A DNA stretch of 64,000 nt from a virus. Where the stretch lies: IMG/VR virus record IMGVR_UViG_3300037454_000146, positions 32,001 through 96,000 of that record; one strand, written 5' to 3'. The notes below the pieces were generated by a model. That model did no database searches and was not told the DNA's origin. It worked only from the letters and a program-made list of their open reading frames with translations. Numbering within the stretch: the first letter of the stretch is position 1; every line of letters begins with the position of its first letter. Positions 8,294 to 18,756 of this stretch are shown in pieces. Both the position numbers and the translations under genes were made by a program.

Positions 8294-8905
8294 TTACGCG
8301 GGCAGTAAGCAGAACACTTGTCCTACAAGCGTGTCGCCTTGCCCTATTGCATTGTGTAAAATAAAAGATAACTTGCCCGTGTGGAGTGTGTTGTCCTCAA
8401 ACTTTGCCTCTATGTCATAGACGGCGCTGTCCGACAAATTGCGGAGCACACCGTAATAACTCCCCGAAATTGCCCCCACAGAGAACGGGTAAACATTTGC
8501 CACTGTTGCGATAGCGGTGTCAGCCGAAATTGCCGATTCCGCCGTTATTTGAAACGCCGCGAGAACAGCATTATCGGTCATGCGAATTTGAATCACTGAC
8601 GAATCCGCCAAATCCTCGCTTGCGGTAAACTCTAAGTCCGCGCTATGTTTGCTTTGCGCCGCCACAACATAAGACGTAGAGTTGCTGATGTACCCGCGAT
8701 ACGCGAGCTTCACCTCGTCGCCGACCTCAATCAGCGAGCCACTCAGATTCTTTACAGTGAAAATACGTTTATCCGAAATCATCTCCACGCGCACGTAGTT
8801 GTTAGCCTGTAAAGCCAAAACCTTGCACGGCGCGATAGAGATAAAATCGGCATCGAGGAGGGCGGCTTGCACGCGCTCGTCAATGAGTTTTACTATCGTG
8901 TTCAT
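8294..8905 (-). CDS. Hypothetical tail/baseplate protein
   Basis: 203 aa; its start overlaps the upstream stop (ATGA-type overlap at 8902-8905). Confidence 0.6.
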   Translation of the reverse strand: MNTIVKLIDERVQAALLDADFISIAPCKVLALQANNYVRVEMISDKRIFTVKNLSGSLIEVGDEVKLAYRGYISNSTSYVVAAQSKHSADLEFTASEDLADSSVIQIRMTDNAVLAAFQITAESAISADTAIATVANVYPFSVGAISGSYYGVLRNLSDSAVYDIEAKFEDNTLHTGKLSFILHNAIGQGDTLVGQVFCLLPA

Positions 8906-10725
8906 ATGCCACCTCCCTCAATTCCTGTATTGTCGGGCAACCATGATGTTTGGGTTGCGTTTACTGTCATTGCCTCTGCGCTCAAAGGCATTGTAATACT
9001 ATTCACCACGAAAGTCGCGTGGTCAAGATTATACCTTTTGTCTGTTATGCCAATTGTGCGATTTACGTCCAAGTGCGGGATTATCGGGCAAGAGAACGTG
9101 ATTGACATTCCTTGCATTGCTTCCTTCATAAGCAGATAGTCCGCGTATGCCTTGCACCGCGCTTGCATTTCGGATTGTGGTACGTTCACGTATGGGATTT
9201 CAACGTCTGCCATGCGACGTATGCCCGCGCCATCAAGTCGCAAAGGTGACGCGGGATTATTGTTTGCCGCCGTGTACGACACGTTTTCGAGGTCGCTCTC
9301 GTTTGTGTAGACCGTAACGACGTTATAGCCATCGAGGTTAAAGTCCACGCTCGCGTTGCTGTACATATCGTCCTCATCTGAGAAGTCCCACTGGTGCGCC
9401 ATAAAGCGGTAGCCGTCTATGCGGCTTTCGTCCGCCATTACCTGAAAGCAGAAGTGTCCGTTGGTATTGTAGTACGCGTCCGCGCCGTAACCGTCAGCGA
9501 TAGAGCTGAAAAGCGTCGAGATGTAGTCGTTGCTGTTTATGGTGATTTCGTTCTGCGTGCGGATTCCGTCAAACTTTGTGCTTATTATGGGCGTTATTGG
9601 GTCTACGGGATATGCTGACGCGCCCGTCCTATGATTCAGATACGGGGAACTAAATTCGTTCCACATCAATGTGTCTTTAATAACGTTGGTCAACGTCGTG
9701 CCAGCCTCTACGATACAAGAGGTATCCAACATTCCCGTCTTAATCGTGCCGTCCAAAGCGCCGCCTTTGTCCACGCCTTGTATGCTTACCGTATCGCCGT
9801 CACACGTCGCCTTTTGTGTGTAGAACACGCCATAGCTCCACCAGTATGTTTTTTTGCCAACCTCTATGCCAAGCCACAATTTGAACTTGCGATTAAACCA
9901 TATCGCGCTATCTTGCGACGGCAGATACTTCTTTTCCACGTTAATGAGATTCAGCGAGCATGAGCGTCGTGTGATTTGTTCATTGTTTATTGTAACTTGC
10001 CCCGATGAGCCAAGAGATACGTCGCGGGTAATTTCACCAATGACGTTCTCGTAATAGCCGAGGAGTTCTACGCGAATCTTATAGCGGCGATGTTTTTGCC
10101 GTAAGGCATAGAGATATTCCGCATTGTACTCGTCGTAAAATTCGAGCGGGTCAACGGTCGGCGCGGGCGGAGGAGGAGGGGTATATTCTATATTGGGTTG
10201 CAACAAGTTGAAGGGATATCCGTTGTTCCACTCTTGACTTATTCGCCATAGCTGTGCAGGATACGGTGCTGTCATTGCAGGCTCGATGATGTCAGGCGCG
10301 TCAATCGGCACAGGATAGCCGTTTTCACCTATCTCAAAGGCTATTCCATCATCATACGTTACCTTACAACCTGTTATTTCGGAAGGCGTAATATTTGATG
10401 TGTCTGAATATTTTAAACACATTTTGAAATACATCGTGGTTTGATATGATGATAAATCAAATGTGTACGGTGAATTATACCAACCTATATCACAAGTATT
10501 TGGCGGAGATGTTGTTACATAGCCAACAAGGTCAACTTGAATAGTTTTCCCTGTCGATACTGTCGCACTGGCTGTGAGTTTTCTTCCGACAAAAGTCGCG
10601 GGGAGTTGTATATAATTAATAGAGCGGACACGAGTTGAAGATTCTGTTGGTATGCCGCTTGCGAGCGTTCCCTGTTCTATCCCATATGATAGCACATCAA
10701 TAGTTCTTATCGCCACGTTACTCAA
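8902..10725 (-). CDS. Tail tip / baseplate structural protein (Tal-like by position)
   Basis: 607 aa in the distal tail module, with an internal PPPPPAP linker. No enzymatic motif was recognised. Confidence 0.65.
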   Translation of the reverse strand: MSNVAIRTIDVLSYGIEQGTLASGIPTESSTRVRSINYIQLPATFVGRKLTASATVSTGKTIQVDLVGYVTTSPPNTCDIGWYNSPYTFDLSSYQTTMYFKMCLKYSDTSNITPSEITGCKVTYDDGIAFEIGENGYPVPIDAPDIIEPAMTAPYPAQLWRISQEWNNGYPFNLLQPNIEYTPPPPPAPTVDPLEFYDEYNAEYLYALRQKHRRYKIRVELLGYYENVIGEITRDVSLGSSGQVTINNEQITRRSCSLNLINVEKKYLPSQDSAIWFNRKFKLWLGIEVGKKTYWWSYGVFYTQKATCDGDTVSIQGVDKGGALDGTIKTGMLDTSCIVEAGTTLTNVIKDTLMWNEFSSPYLNHRTGASAYPVDPITPIISTKFDGIRTQNEITINSNDYISTLFSSIADGYGADAYYNTNGHFCFQVMADESRIDGYRFMAHQWDFSDEDDMYSNASVDFNLDGYNVVTVYTNESDLENVSYTAANNNPASPLRLDGAGIRRMADVEIPYVNVPQSEMQARCKAYADYLLMKEAMQGMSITFSCPIIPHLDVNRTIGITDKRYNLDHATFVVNSITMPLSAEAMTVNATQTSWLPDNTGIEGGGI

Positions 10726-11566
10726 CTCCTATCGGAAAGCCGACAGTATCGTGAAGATATTGTGCGTCCTTCATCTGTGCGGTTGTAAGGCTATATACAA
10801 CACCCGCGATTGTGGTTACAGGCAAGGCATTCTCAACGATATTCTTGCCCGAAGCGGTTGTGTAGCCCACTCCGCTTCCCTTGCCGATAACACAGCAGTT
10901 GTTGATGTTGTTGCCGAGATTAACTGCGATGTTTGCATTTTCTGCGGTGATATCGAACAATGTATTATCCCATGACCAATCCGTAAGTGCGACTTGCGGT
11001 GAGCAATTCAAGTATTTCACCCTTATATTACCATAATAAATAGTATTCTTATCATTATTCCCACTATACCGATTAACTAAGATTTTGCAGTTTCCCGTGC
11101 TTGTTTCGATATTTGCCGCAATTTTCTGCACATCAGCATTAATTCGCGGTGAATTCTGATACGCGGCTCGAATCAATGCCGCATTGTCAACGCGACCCGA
11201 AAAGCCAACATTTTTAACAATGTCTGCACCATTATTGGGGTTAATATCTATGGCATATCCGCCAGTCAGATATAGGTTTGTGAAGGAAATGTTTTTTATC
11301 CACCGTTCCACTTGTTGACCCGAGGGTGTCGCAAGGGTAATTGCCGCGCTATCCGTTCCCGAATGGCAGAGGTTGTTTATCGCATACCCTTTGCCATCAA
11401 GTGTGTGTGTGTTTGTGGTTGATACTGTTACATTTCCCTCGGGAGCTTCAATATCATTCGCAAGCTCAATATAGTTTTCTGACACTCCGTCGAATGCCTC
11501 TAACAGCTCACTCCAATCATGGACGATGTAGGGGTCTGAGCTTGTTCCGCTTCCGCCTAATGCCAT
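10718..11566 (-). CDS. Putative beta-helix receptor-binding/depolymerase-type protein
   Basis: The N-terminus MALGGSGTSSDPYIVHDWSELLEAF is the G-x-G-T-x-x-DPY-x-I motif that commonly precedes GLUG/right-handed beta-helix domains. N/G/I-rich repeats follow. Paralogous in N-terminus to the next gene. Confidence 0.5.
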   Translation of the reverse strand: MALGGSGTSSDPYIVHDWSELLEAFDGVSENYIELANDIEAPEGNVTVSTTNTHTLDGKGYAINNLCHSGTDSAAITLATPSGQQVERWIKNISFTNLYLTGGYAIDINPNNGADIVKNVGFSGRVDNAALIRAAYQNSPRINADVQKIAANIETSTGNCKILVNRYSGNNDKNTIYYGNIRVKYLNCSPQVALTDWSWDNTLFDITAENANIAVNLGNNINNCCVIGKGSGVGYTTASGKNIVENALPVTTIAGVVYSLTTAQMKDAQYLHDTVGFPIGVE

Positions 11567-11579
11567 ATAATCCCTCCTT

Positions 11580-12707
11580 TCATTCTATTAGCGTGCCGCC
11601 TGTGATTAACATACCAGACTTAAATGACGTACTGTAATAAGTACAACTTGTCGGCAACGTAGCTCTATCAAGTTGATTTATTGAAAAAGAGTATCGCCCA
11701 ATTGAATTTGTGGTCATGGGGAATATGCAATCCTCGTCGCCGATTTCTCTAAGTTGAACATTGCCATTAAAAGCACCAAGACGATTTATCGTTATCCAAT
11801 CAGATTGCCATAATTCATTCGCGTCAAACTCCCACGGGCTGTCACCGCCAGTTGTGAAACCAGCATTATTCAAAGCCGTTTCGTCAGCCAGCGTTGCTGA
11901 ATCAAGCCCTGTCCAACTGGTTGTACCGACAGTAAATGTCATTTTGTCTGAATTATAAAACGCCGCCGCATCGGGGACGGGTTGGTCAGGATAACTATCC
12001 CATCTCGCAGTAGGTGTGTCCGCCTTTAAATCAATCAGTGAATCGGGATAAGTTGTATCGCCAACCTGTTTTACGGTGTCGTAAATCGAAAGCCACGTTG
12101 AGCATTTTGCAATACCCTTAATGGTACTCGCGTTAAGGTCAATTCTGTCAAGCTGTCCACATTGGCAATCCCAATCAAGATATATTTCGCAATTGTTGAG
12201 CCGCACATGATTTGCTTGTCCGCCCCCTAAGAAATACACAAATCGAGATTTACCCTTAAACTCCATTTGGCAATTGGTTAGCGTAAAATTCTGCAAATAC
12301 GCCTTAGATAGCATATACACGTCAGCGGTAGAACCACCCTTAAACTGACAAGTTACACGCAAATTCTCCGCGTCATTTTCGAGCTCAATGATTGAAAGAA
12401 CCTCGTTCACAAATAATCCGTCGATATAAAGCCCCTCGACCGTCCCCTTGAAGTTTATAGCCTTGGTACTAAACTTATTGCCGAAAATTACCAAATGCCT
12501 CCAATGTGCGTCGTTGCCTATAATGTTAGGGTAAATAACCAATCCCGTATTCGTCGTAAAACCTTGCGGGTAAACGTGCCCGAAATTGATAGTGGTACGA
12601 TTTGCAAATTTCACGTAACTGCCAATATTATCGACGACATTATACTCCGAAAATTCGTCCCAATTATTAACAACCCAAGGGTCAACTTGTGTTCCGCTTC
12701 CAGCCAT
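11580..12707 (-). CDS. Putative beta-helix receptor-binding/depolymerase-type protein (paralogue)
   Basis: The N-terminus MAGSGTQVDPWVVNNWDEFSEY carries the same motif as the 10718..11566 product. Confidence 0.5.
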   Translation of the reverse strand: MAGSGTQVDPWVVNNWDEFSEYNVVDNIGSYVKFANRTTINFGHVYPQGFTTNTGLVIYPNIIGNDAHWRHLVIFGNKFSTKAINFKGTVEGLYIDGLFVNEVLSIIELENDAENLRVTCQFKGGSTADVYMLSKAYLQNFTLTNCQMEFKGKSRFVYFLGGGQANHVRLNNCEIYLDWDCQCGQLDRIDLNASTIKGIAKCSTWLSIYDTVKQVGDTTYPDSLIDLKADTPTARWDSYPDQPVPDAAAFYNSDKMTFTVGTTSWTGLDSATLADETALNNAGFTTGGDSPWEFDANELWQSDWITINRLGAFNGNVQLREIGDEDCIFPMTTNSIGRYSFSINQLDRATLPTSCTYYSTSFKSGMLITGGTLIE

Positions 12708-12719
12708 AACATCGCCTCC

Positions 12720-14708
12720 TTATTCAATAATCTGTATGTTATCGGGCAAGCATACGGTATTAATGTTTGCCTCATAAAACGCTGTCGAACATATCTGAGT
12801 GACTATTTTACCATTAAGTGTATTAGGAATCTGCGGATTCTTATAATTACCAATATATGCAATAATGATAGCTTTGCCATTTTCAATTGTATAAATATAA
12901 TCCGCTTCGCTTGTCGGGTCGTACTCGTCGGGTATATCACGAGCACAACGATACTGCTCAGAATCTTCAAATATAGATGTGTCGCCGCCGCTTTGTGCGA
13001 GATAATACTCAATCTGAATATTATCAACGTCCGCACATTCAGCCCACGAGAACGTGAAACGTGTCGGTATTTTGTAATAATCTTCCTGATATTCCACAGA
13101 TGGACTCTCCACTATATTGACAACCCAAACGTCGCCCTTTTGCGATTTTAACAAGAACGGGTGAGGGGCGGAGATAAACTCGCGCCAAGCCCTTACAAGA
13201 GAAATGTCATCGTGATATTTGTGGTCGCAACAATTGAAATATCCAACATAACCCGATAGCGTACCAGTCATGTAGTTGACCTCTGTCGAGGACATGGTGG
13301 TATATTTACTATATCCGACCTGAAGAACGTTGCCAAGATTCTGCGCAACCGTTGTGTTTTCTATATCACATATAAACTTCCAAGTATCTGTGAGCGTGTA
13401 ACTGTTTTCGCCATTAGGCTCAAGGGCTGAAATGAAATATCCGTCAAAATTCGTCTTGACATTACAGTGGCTTATGCTACGCAGATAAGGTTGACCCGTT
13501 GTTGCATTATAAGGAATTGTAGTATATTCATAATTGCCTTTAGTAGAAACCTTGAAGTCAAATTGAACTTCTTTGCCAGTTAAGCGCACGGTTTTGCCTG
13601 TATTGAGGTCTGTACGATAATATCGAGTGCTTCCACCCGCATTGTTCTTATCGTAACAACAACCATAGCCGTTAATAGGATGCCATACGTGAGTAATTTC
13701 GATGGGCGAGTAGTCGTCAATTCCTTCTATATCAATCATCGTATATGCGGAATAAGTTACGTTATCCTGAGTAACCATATCGCAAACCACACGATAATAC
13801 ACCTTGGATATATCTTCGCCTTCATCATCTATAAATCTGGCAAAACAATTCTTGAATAAGTATTCCAATCTCTGAGAGAATATTTTACCCGATTTCTCAA
13901 TCTCGATAGCTGAAGCCGATTCTGTATCACTCGTTTGTGCATAGAGCGTCATCTCATAATACTTTATAGGCGTGTTATTTGCCTGTGAGTAAGCGCCTGT
14001 AACATACAAACTATCATCAGGATTATGTTGATACCCTAATTCGAGCGTCAAACTCGGCAGAGCACGGCACATGAAATAATATTGCGGGCTGATAAGATAA
14101 TTTGAATATATTTGATAGCGTGCGCCCGTAGTCGGCAAATTCGTGAACGCCGAGTCTATCGTGACCGCGCCATACTGGTCGTATGTGTCCGCTGGCAGAT
14201 AATTCTCGATAAACCGCCTCTCGCCGTTTATCTCTATCACCATGCCAGCCATCACCACATCGTCAACCTTCGTGGGGTAATACTTGCCGTCGTTGCCGTT
14301 ATAGCCCCACTCATACAGCGGCAAATGTTTGTCAATGAAAAGCACCGTGGGACTGCCCGAGCCGCCGCTCTGAATAGACCCGCGACATACGGGAATGTCG
14401 TACAAATTATTCTCGCCCGCAAGGTCGCGTTGCGCCATCATCACTTGCCACACGTAGTCGTGACCGTCCGTAAGCCCTTGTGCGCTGGTCGCCATTGTTA
14501 TTTGGTCGCCGTTAAACGCGGGACAACCGCCGTGGCTTTCCATTGCTTCGCCCCAATAGCCAATACCGATTTTTTCGCCAGTCGCCATATCCGTCGCTTT
14601 AATGTTGTAGTACGAGAGCCTGTCTCCGTTGAACGTGAAGGACATAACCGTTGAGTTCGCAGGTTTCGCCGTGTTCTCAGGACTTACATTTGTTGGGTAT
14701 TGTAGCAA
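12720..14708 (-). CDS. Large distal-tail structural protein with BspA-type leucine-rich-repeat-like C-terminus
   Basis: It is the first gene after the tape measure gene (the usual Dit position). The C-terminus IIAYIGNYKNPQIPNTLNGKIVTQICSTAFYEANINTVCLPDNIQIIE resembles a BspA-like LRR unit. A likely TTG start at 14708 lies 7 nt after AAGGAGG; the ORF-track ATG at 14741 lacks an RBS. Confidence 0.6.
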   Translation of the reverse strand: MLQYPTNVSPENTAKPANSTVMSFTFNGDRLSYYNIKATDMATGEKIGIGYWGEAMESHGGCPAFNGDQITMATSAQGLTDGHDYVWQVMMAQRDLAGENNLYDIPVCRGSIQSGGSGSPTVLFIDKHLPLYEWGYNGNDGKYYPTKVDDVVMAGMVIEINGERRFIENYLPADTYDQYGAVTIDSAFTNLPTTGARYQIYSNYLISPQYYFMCRALPSLTLELGYQHNPDDSLYVTGAYSQANNTPIKYYEMTLYAQTSDTESASAIEIEKSGKIFSQRLEYLFKNCFARFIDDEGEDISKVYYRVVCDMVTQDNVTYSAYTMIDIEGIDDYSPIEITHVWHPINGYGCCYDKNNAGGSTRYYRTDLNTGKTVRLTGKEVQFDFKVSTKGNYEYTTIPYNATTGQPYLRSISHCNVKTNFDGYFISALEPNGENSYTLTDTWKFICDIENTTVAQNLGNVLQVGYSKYTTMSSTEVNYMTGTLSGYVGYFNCCDHKYHDDISLVRAWREFISAPHPFLLKSQKGDVWVVNIVESPSVEYQEDYYKIPTRFTFSWAECADVDNIQIEYYLAQSGGDTSIFEDSEQYRCARDIPDEYDPTSEADYIYTIENGKAIIIAYIGNYKNPQIPNTLNGKIVTQICSTAFYEANINTVCLPDNIQIIE

Positions 14709-14762
14709 GTTACCGCCTCCTTTCATATAGTTTAGGCGCACACCGAAGTATGCGCCTGTTAG

Positions 14763-17700
14763 TTATCTGCGCGGCTTGAATACCTGACTTTCGGTCAGAA
14801 CCGTCTGCATATAGGATTCCATTTGTCTCGCGAATTGCTCCGCGTTCTGTACGTTGGGGAGATTGATTACTGTGCCGTTAAATGTGACCGCGTTTGCCGT
14901 GTCGGATTTCTTGCCCAAATTCTGTGCGATTCGCATATTGCCCGTAATAGCAGAAGGTGTTAGCGCGGGAGAGTTGTGTAGCGCATTATAGAGCTTTGCC
15001 GCATCGGTCGAATTGAGCACGAGCTCGGGGCGTTGCTTTGTTCCGTGGAGCATTGCAAGTCCCGTATAAGTATTCACTCCGCCGTCTGCGTATGCGCCTA
15101 TTTTTCGTAAATATGCGTCCCAAGCCGAATTAACATCTTGATTATACTTAGACAAATCTTCTTTAACGATAGCTCTCCTAATACCATATTCGTCTACCTC
15201 TAACCTATCAAGTCTCTTTTCAATATCGTCTATGCGGTTGTCATAAGAAGAATAGTCCATACCCGCAACAGACTCATTGAGTTCATCTTGGGCTTGAGTT
15301 AATTTGCTTATGATAGTCGAATACTTTTTATAAAACGAATCAAGATTTCGAGCCATATCGCCCTCGTCACTACCCATGCTTAATGAAATATTGTAGGCTT
15401 CTTTATAAAAATCTTGAACCGAGTCTTTGGCTTCTTTCGCAACATTTTGCACCTTAGATTTGTATTCTTGCCATTTCTTAATTTCTTTATCAACGGCTGC
15501 AATCTGTTTGTTTGAGGCTTCGATACTCTTATTTACAGCCACCATTTCTACATTAGAAACACGACTGAGCTCGTCGGCATACTTATCATATTCCGTTTCG
15601 TAATCATTAAGAATATCTAAGTCCTGCTCGGCAATCTTATCACGCCAATCAGCACCAAGTATCTGCTCGGCAAGTCGCTCATCTTCTGCTTTTTGCCTTT
15701 TTTGAGTAACACCTTCCCATTGTTTCAGATATTCCTCTAAGACCTTAATATCTTGATTAGCTTGCGCCTTATCTACTTCCCGTTGAGCCTTATCAATATC
15801 TGACTTCTTAGCCTCATACTGCCAACCGCCCGCTTCTGTATAGGTACGAACTTTCTTGTTTTTAGCATTTTCGAGATTTGCAAGTTTCTCCGCGAGGTCA
15901 AGAGCTTCTTCACGCTCCTCGTTCTGCTCCTTAATTGCTTCAATCTGTTCCTTGATAGCGTTTTGAACGGTATTTGCAACCTTTTCGTAATTCTCAGTAA
16001 TTTCTTCGAGAGCGTCTTTCTGTTCCTGCAAGACCGTGAGTTGCTCCTCCATTGCTTCTTTAGAGGCTTCAATAGCAGATTTTTCAGCTTCATAACCCTC
16101 TATAACGGAATCAATTTTGTATTCCTGTGCCTTTAAAAGAGTGTCCGCTTCTTCATTGAGTTCTTTAGTAAGATTGTTAAGCGCTTGCTGACGGTCTACT
16201 GTGTCACCAAGACTTCCGTTGTAATATTGCAACACAACATTATTGCGATCCCAATCCTCTCCAATCTCAACAACTTTTTGTTCTGCCGTCTCTAACTGAT
16301 TCTGCAATTCAACGTATTGATAATAGTTAGGATTGTGAGAGTTTTTACGCATTTCAGACCACGTGTTCATTTCAGCCCGAATTGAAGCTACTTCTTCTTG
16401 CGCGGCTTTTTTAGCATTAAGCAACTCAATTTGTTTGAGCTCTATAGATTGAATTTGTTTTTGAATATAAGCATCTTTCAGGTCAATAAGTTGTTGCTCT
16501 GTGACTTTAAATTGTCCACTAATACTATCAAAACTTGCAGGACTTAAATATTTAGTGCCTAATTCGTCATCCAACTTATACAAGTCCATAAATGCATCTC
16601 TGTCAATACCGTTGCCATTAGCAAGCGTCTGAAGTGCTGACTTCATAGCGTCGATATTCTTTAACGTCGTTTTCTTTAATTCGTCATAGCTTTCATACCA
16701 AGCCTCAGACATACTTTCGATTGCTGTAATTGCACCAGAAGCTCCTGTTTCAAAGGAAGAAAACAATGAATCTACGTCTTGTTGCAAAGAAGGATAGTCT
16801 GCCCCAATTTTATTTAGCTCTTGCCTAATCTCATCAAGGCTTTGCGCCGCTTGTCTCTTTTTTATAGTGGTATTATCACCCGCAATAACGTGATTTAATT
16901 CTTTGGCTTTATCAATCAAAGAATTGTAATTATCTAATACGTCTTGTGGAACTTCAAACGAATTATAATATTTGGTTTGACGCTCCATTTGGTCGGCATC
17001 GGCTTTATCAACTTCATATTTTGCTCTTGCCGCTACGTATTGCGCCATTAAGCCCTTATAAATATCTTCGTCATATCCGTCGATTTCTTTATAAGTGTCG
17101 GCTATTTTTTTCCAGCCCTCAACTTGCTCCTCTAAAGTACCCATAACTGCAATGTCAGCTTCTTTGCCCCACATATCAGTAGCTATATGGTCAAAAGCAA
17201 CCCCTGTGTCATGGAACAGCTTTAACATATTAGACAAGTCGGTTGTTGTATCGGCTTTTATCTTTGCACGATAAAATTGAGTTGAATCAGAATCGGCAAT
17301 TCTTGCATTTTTGTCAGTACCCTCAAGCGATTCAACGGCTTGTTTGTACCTCTTTTGATTTTCGGTATCGAAAATGTAATCTTCAACCTTTTCTTTTTTT
17401 AACTGTCTTATCTTTTCAATTTCTTCCGATAATTTGCCATTAACCAAATCAATACCCTCGGCTTCTTCGCCATATTTGGATATTAATTCGCCTTGCATTG
17501 AAGATAATTCCTTTTGGATTCCAACTAAATCATCTGTAGAAGTATAAAGTTGAAGGTATCTATCCATTATTGAATCTAACGAATTGATTTCCTCGCCCAT
17601 AGCCTCTATAGATTGATGACCAGAATCGCGCAACTCTTTTGCGGCTTCAGCAGCTTTTTCTTCTGCGTGATACCACTCGTCAATTTGTTTAACAACTAAT

Positions 17701-17996
17701 GATAAAGCATAACTTAACCCAAATGATATAGCCGCATTAAGAGCTGCGGTTGCAACTTGTAATGCAATAGTCTTAGCACGAGCAACCACGAGGGATTTGA
17801 CATACCCGCCCATTGTTGCTTCTGCACCATTAAGCCCTGATAGATAATTTTTTAGTCCGACATTCGAGCCGCTAATCTCATCATCAAAAGCCTCTTGGAC
17901 ATATTTAGCTTTATTAAGAGAATAGTTATAATCGTCTAAACTCGTTGTTATCTTCTTTATATCATTGCCAAATTTACTAATGTCAGAACCGAATAT
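14763..17996 (-). CDS. Tail tape measure protein, exon 2 (3' part)
   Basis: Coiled-coil-rich product that continues the hydrophobic and helical TMP sequence (IFGSDISKFGNDIKK...). The first 8 nt AUAUUCGG pair perfectly with the intron guide sequence (P10). The ATG reported by the ORF track is the last 3 nt of the intron. Confidence 0.85.
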   Translation of the reverse strand: MFGSDISKFGNDIKKITTSLDDYNYSLNKAKYVQEAFDDEISGSNVGLKNYLSGLNGAEATMGGYVKSLVVARAKTIALQVATAALNAAISFGLSYALSLVVKQIDEWYHAEEKAAEAAKELRDSGHQSIEAMGEEINSLDSIMDRYLQLYTSTDDLVGIQKELSSMQGELISKYGEEAEGIDLVNGKLSEEIEKIRQLKKEKVEDYIFDTENQKRYKQAVESLEGTDKNARIADSDSTQFYRAKIKADTTTDLSNMLKLFHDTGVAFDHIATDMWGKEADIAVMGTLEEQVEGWKKIADTYKEIDGYDEDIYKGLMAQYVAARAKYEVDKADADQMERQTKYYNSFEVPQDVLDNYNSLIDKAKELNHVIAGDNTTIKKRQAAQSLDEIRQELNKIGADYPSLQQDVDSLFSSFETGASGAITAIESMSEAWYESYDELKKTTLKNIDAMKSALQTLANGNGIDRDAFMDLYKLDDELGTKYLSPASFDSISGQFKVTEQQLIDLKDAYIQKQIQSIELKQIELLNAKKAAQEEVASIRAEMNTWSEMRKNSHNPNYYQYVELQNQLETAEQKVVEIGEDWDRNNVVLQYYNGSLGDTVDRQQALNNLTKELNEEADTLLKAQEYKIDSVIEGYEAEKSAIEASKEAMEEQLTVLQEQKDALEEITENYEKVANTVQNAIKEQIEAIKEQNEEREEALDLAEKLANLENAKNKKVRTYTEAGGWQYEAKKSDIDKAQREVDKAQANQDIKVLEEYLKQWEGVTQKRQKAEDERLAEQILGADWRDKIAEQDLDILNDYETEYDKYADELSRVSNVEMVAVNKSIEASNKQIAAVDKEIKKWQEYKSKVQNVAKEAKDSVQDFYKEAYNISLSMGSDEGDMARNLDSFYKKYSTIISKLTQAQDELNESVAGMDYSSYDNRIDDIEKRLDRLEVDEYGIRRAIVKEDLSKYNQDVNSAWDAYLRKIGAYADGGVNTYTGLAMLHGTKQRPELVLNSTDAAKLYNALHNSPALTPSAITGNMRIAQNLGKKSDTANAVTFNGTVINLPNVQNAEQFARQMESYMQTVLTESQVFKPRR

Positions 17997-18034
17997 CATA
18001 TATTAAAAATCGTTTTTTTATTTGATTTTTAACT

Positions 18035-18063
18035 TGACAAATTAGAAAATATTTGTTATAATA
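18035..18063 (+). promoter_or_regulatory. Sigma-A type promoter for the zinc-ribbon membrane protein gene
   Basis: TTGACA, a 17-nt spacer ending in TG (TGTTATAAT, extended -10), then TATAAT, 25 nt upstream of the ATG at 18088. Confidence 0.6.
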
Positions 18064-18087
18064 TAATAGAAGAAAGGGGTTGATGTT

Positions 18088-18603
18088 ATGAAAAATAATC
18101 TTATCAACGAAATTAAAAAATATTCAATCGCAGATTTAAAGATTATATTAGACACTCAACAAGATTTATATACCATTGACGAGATGAACATTATTAGAGA
18201 TTATTATGAAAAGTGTAAAAATGAATACATATCTAAGCACACACCAAAGCTAATCCCTTGCCCTAAATGTGACGCGCAAAATGATTTTAATTCTACAACT
18301 TGCACATATTGTGGTCAACCTATAAACAACAAACCTTATTTAGATAGAATATGCAACGAAATGCTTGGGATTATAACCGCAGAAGATGTGAAAGACGACA
18401 ACGATGATTATAATGGCAAATCCCCCTCGTTCTTATTCCAGTATATAATCAGCTTCATAATACCTCTTATTGGTTTAATTGTAGGTGGCGTGTTTATTGC
18501 AAGCGATGACGAAGATAAGAACGCGTCGGGCAAGATTTGTATTGCGATTAGCATTATATCTATCATTGTAAGCACCACTCTATATGTTTTAATATCAAAA
18601 TAA
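18088..18603 (+). CDS. Zinc-ribbon membrane protein (possible superinfection-exclusion/moron product)
   Basis: 171 aa with the RBS AAAGGGG. Has a CPKC...CTYCG zinc ribbon and two C-terminal transmembrane helices (FLFQYIISFIIPLIGLIVGGVFIA; ICIAISIISIIVSTTLYVLI). It is encoded antisense to the intron. Confidence 0.7.
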   Translation: MKNNLINEIKKYSIADLKIILDTQQDLYTIDEMNIIRDYYEKCKNEYISKHTPKLIPCPKCDAQNDFNSTTCTYCGQPINNKPYLDRICNEMLGIITAEDVKDDNDDYNGKSPSFLFQYIISFIIPLIGLIVGGVFIASDDEDKNASGKICIAISIISIIVSTTLYVLISK

Positions 18604-18607
18604 CCTC

Positions 18608-18636
18608 TTGACAAAATCTCTTGCTTGTGCTATAAT
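18608..18636 (+). promoter_or_regulatory. Consensus sigma-A promoter of the type III TA operon
   Basis: TTGACA (18608-18613), 17-nt spacer, TATAAT (18631-18636). Confidence 0.7.
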
Positions 18637-18665
18637 AACCTTGCGGAGCAATCCGCACCGTGTCG

Positions 18666-18755
18666 TGTCGCTCCCGATTAGCGTCTAATAAATCATCGGA
18701 TATGAATGTTTGTCGCTCTCTGATATGCGACTAATAAATCGTCAGACTCAAATCT
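18666..18755 (+). ncRNA. Type III antitoxin RNA: two tandem 45-nt repeats
   Basis: R1 (18666-18710) is TGTCGCTCCCGATTAGCGTCTAATAAATCATCGGATATGAATGTT. R2 (18711-18755) is TGTCGCTCTCTGATATGCGACTAATAAATCGTCAGACTCAAATCT. They share TGTCGCTC and CTAATAAATC blocks and lie between the promoter and the toxin gene, as in ToxI/antiQ/CptI. Confidence 0.7.
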
Positions 18756-18756
18756 A

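Noticed and set aside
12495-13151. 218-aa plus-strand ORF and many other long antisense ORFs (for example 14112..14654, 20285..20692, 21314..21784, 26012..26371, 30311..30853, 42146..42538)
   Set aside because: All lie entirely inside longer, motif-supported minus-strand genes. They lack RBSs and have low-complexity or Cys/Ser/Leu-rich shadow-ORF composition.
18666-18755. Tandem 45-nt repeats as a mini CRISPR array
   Set aside because: There are only two contiguous repeat units, with no spacers and no cas genes. The promoter-repeat-terminator-toxin layout fits a type III antitoxin instead.
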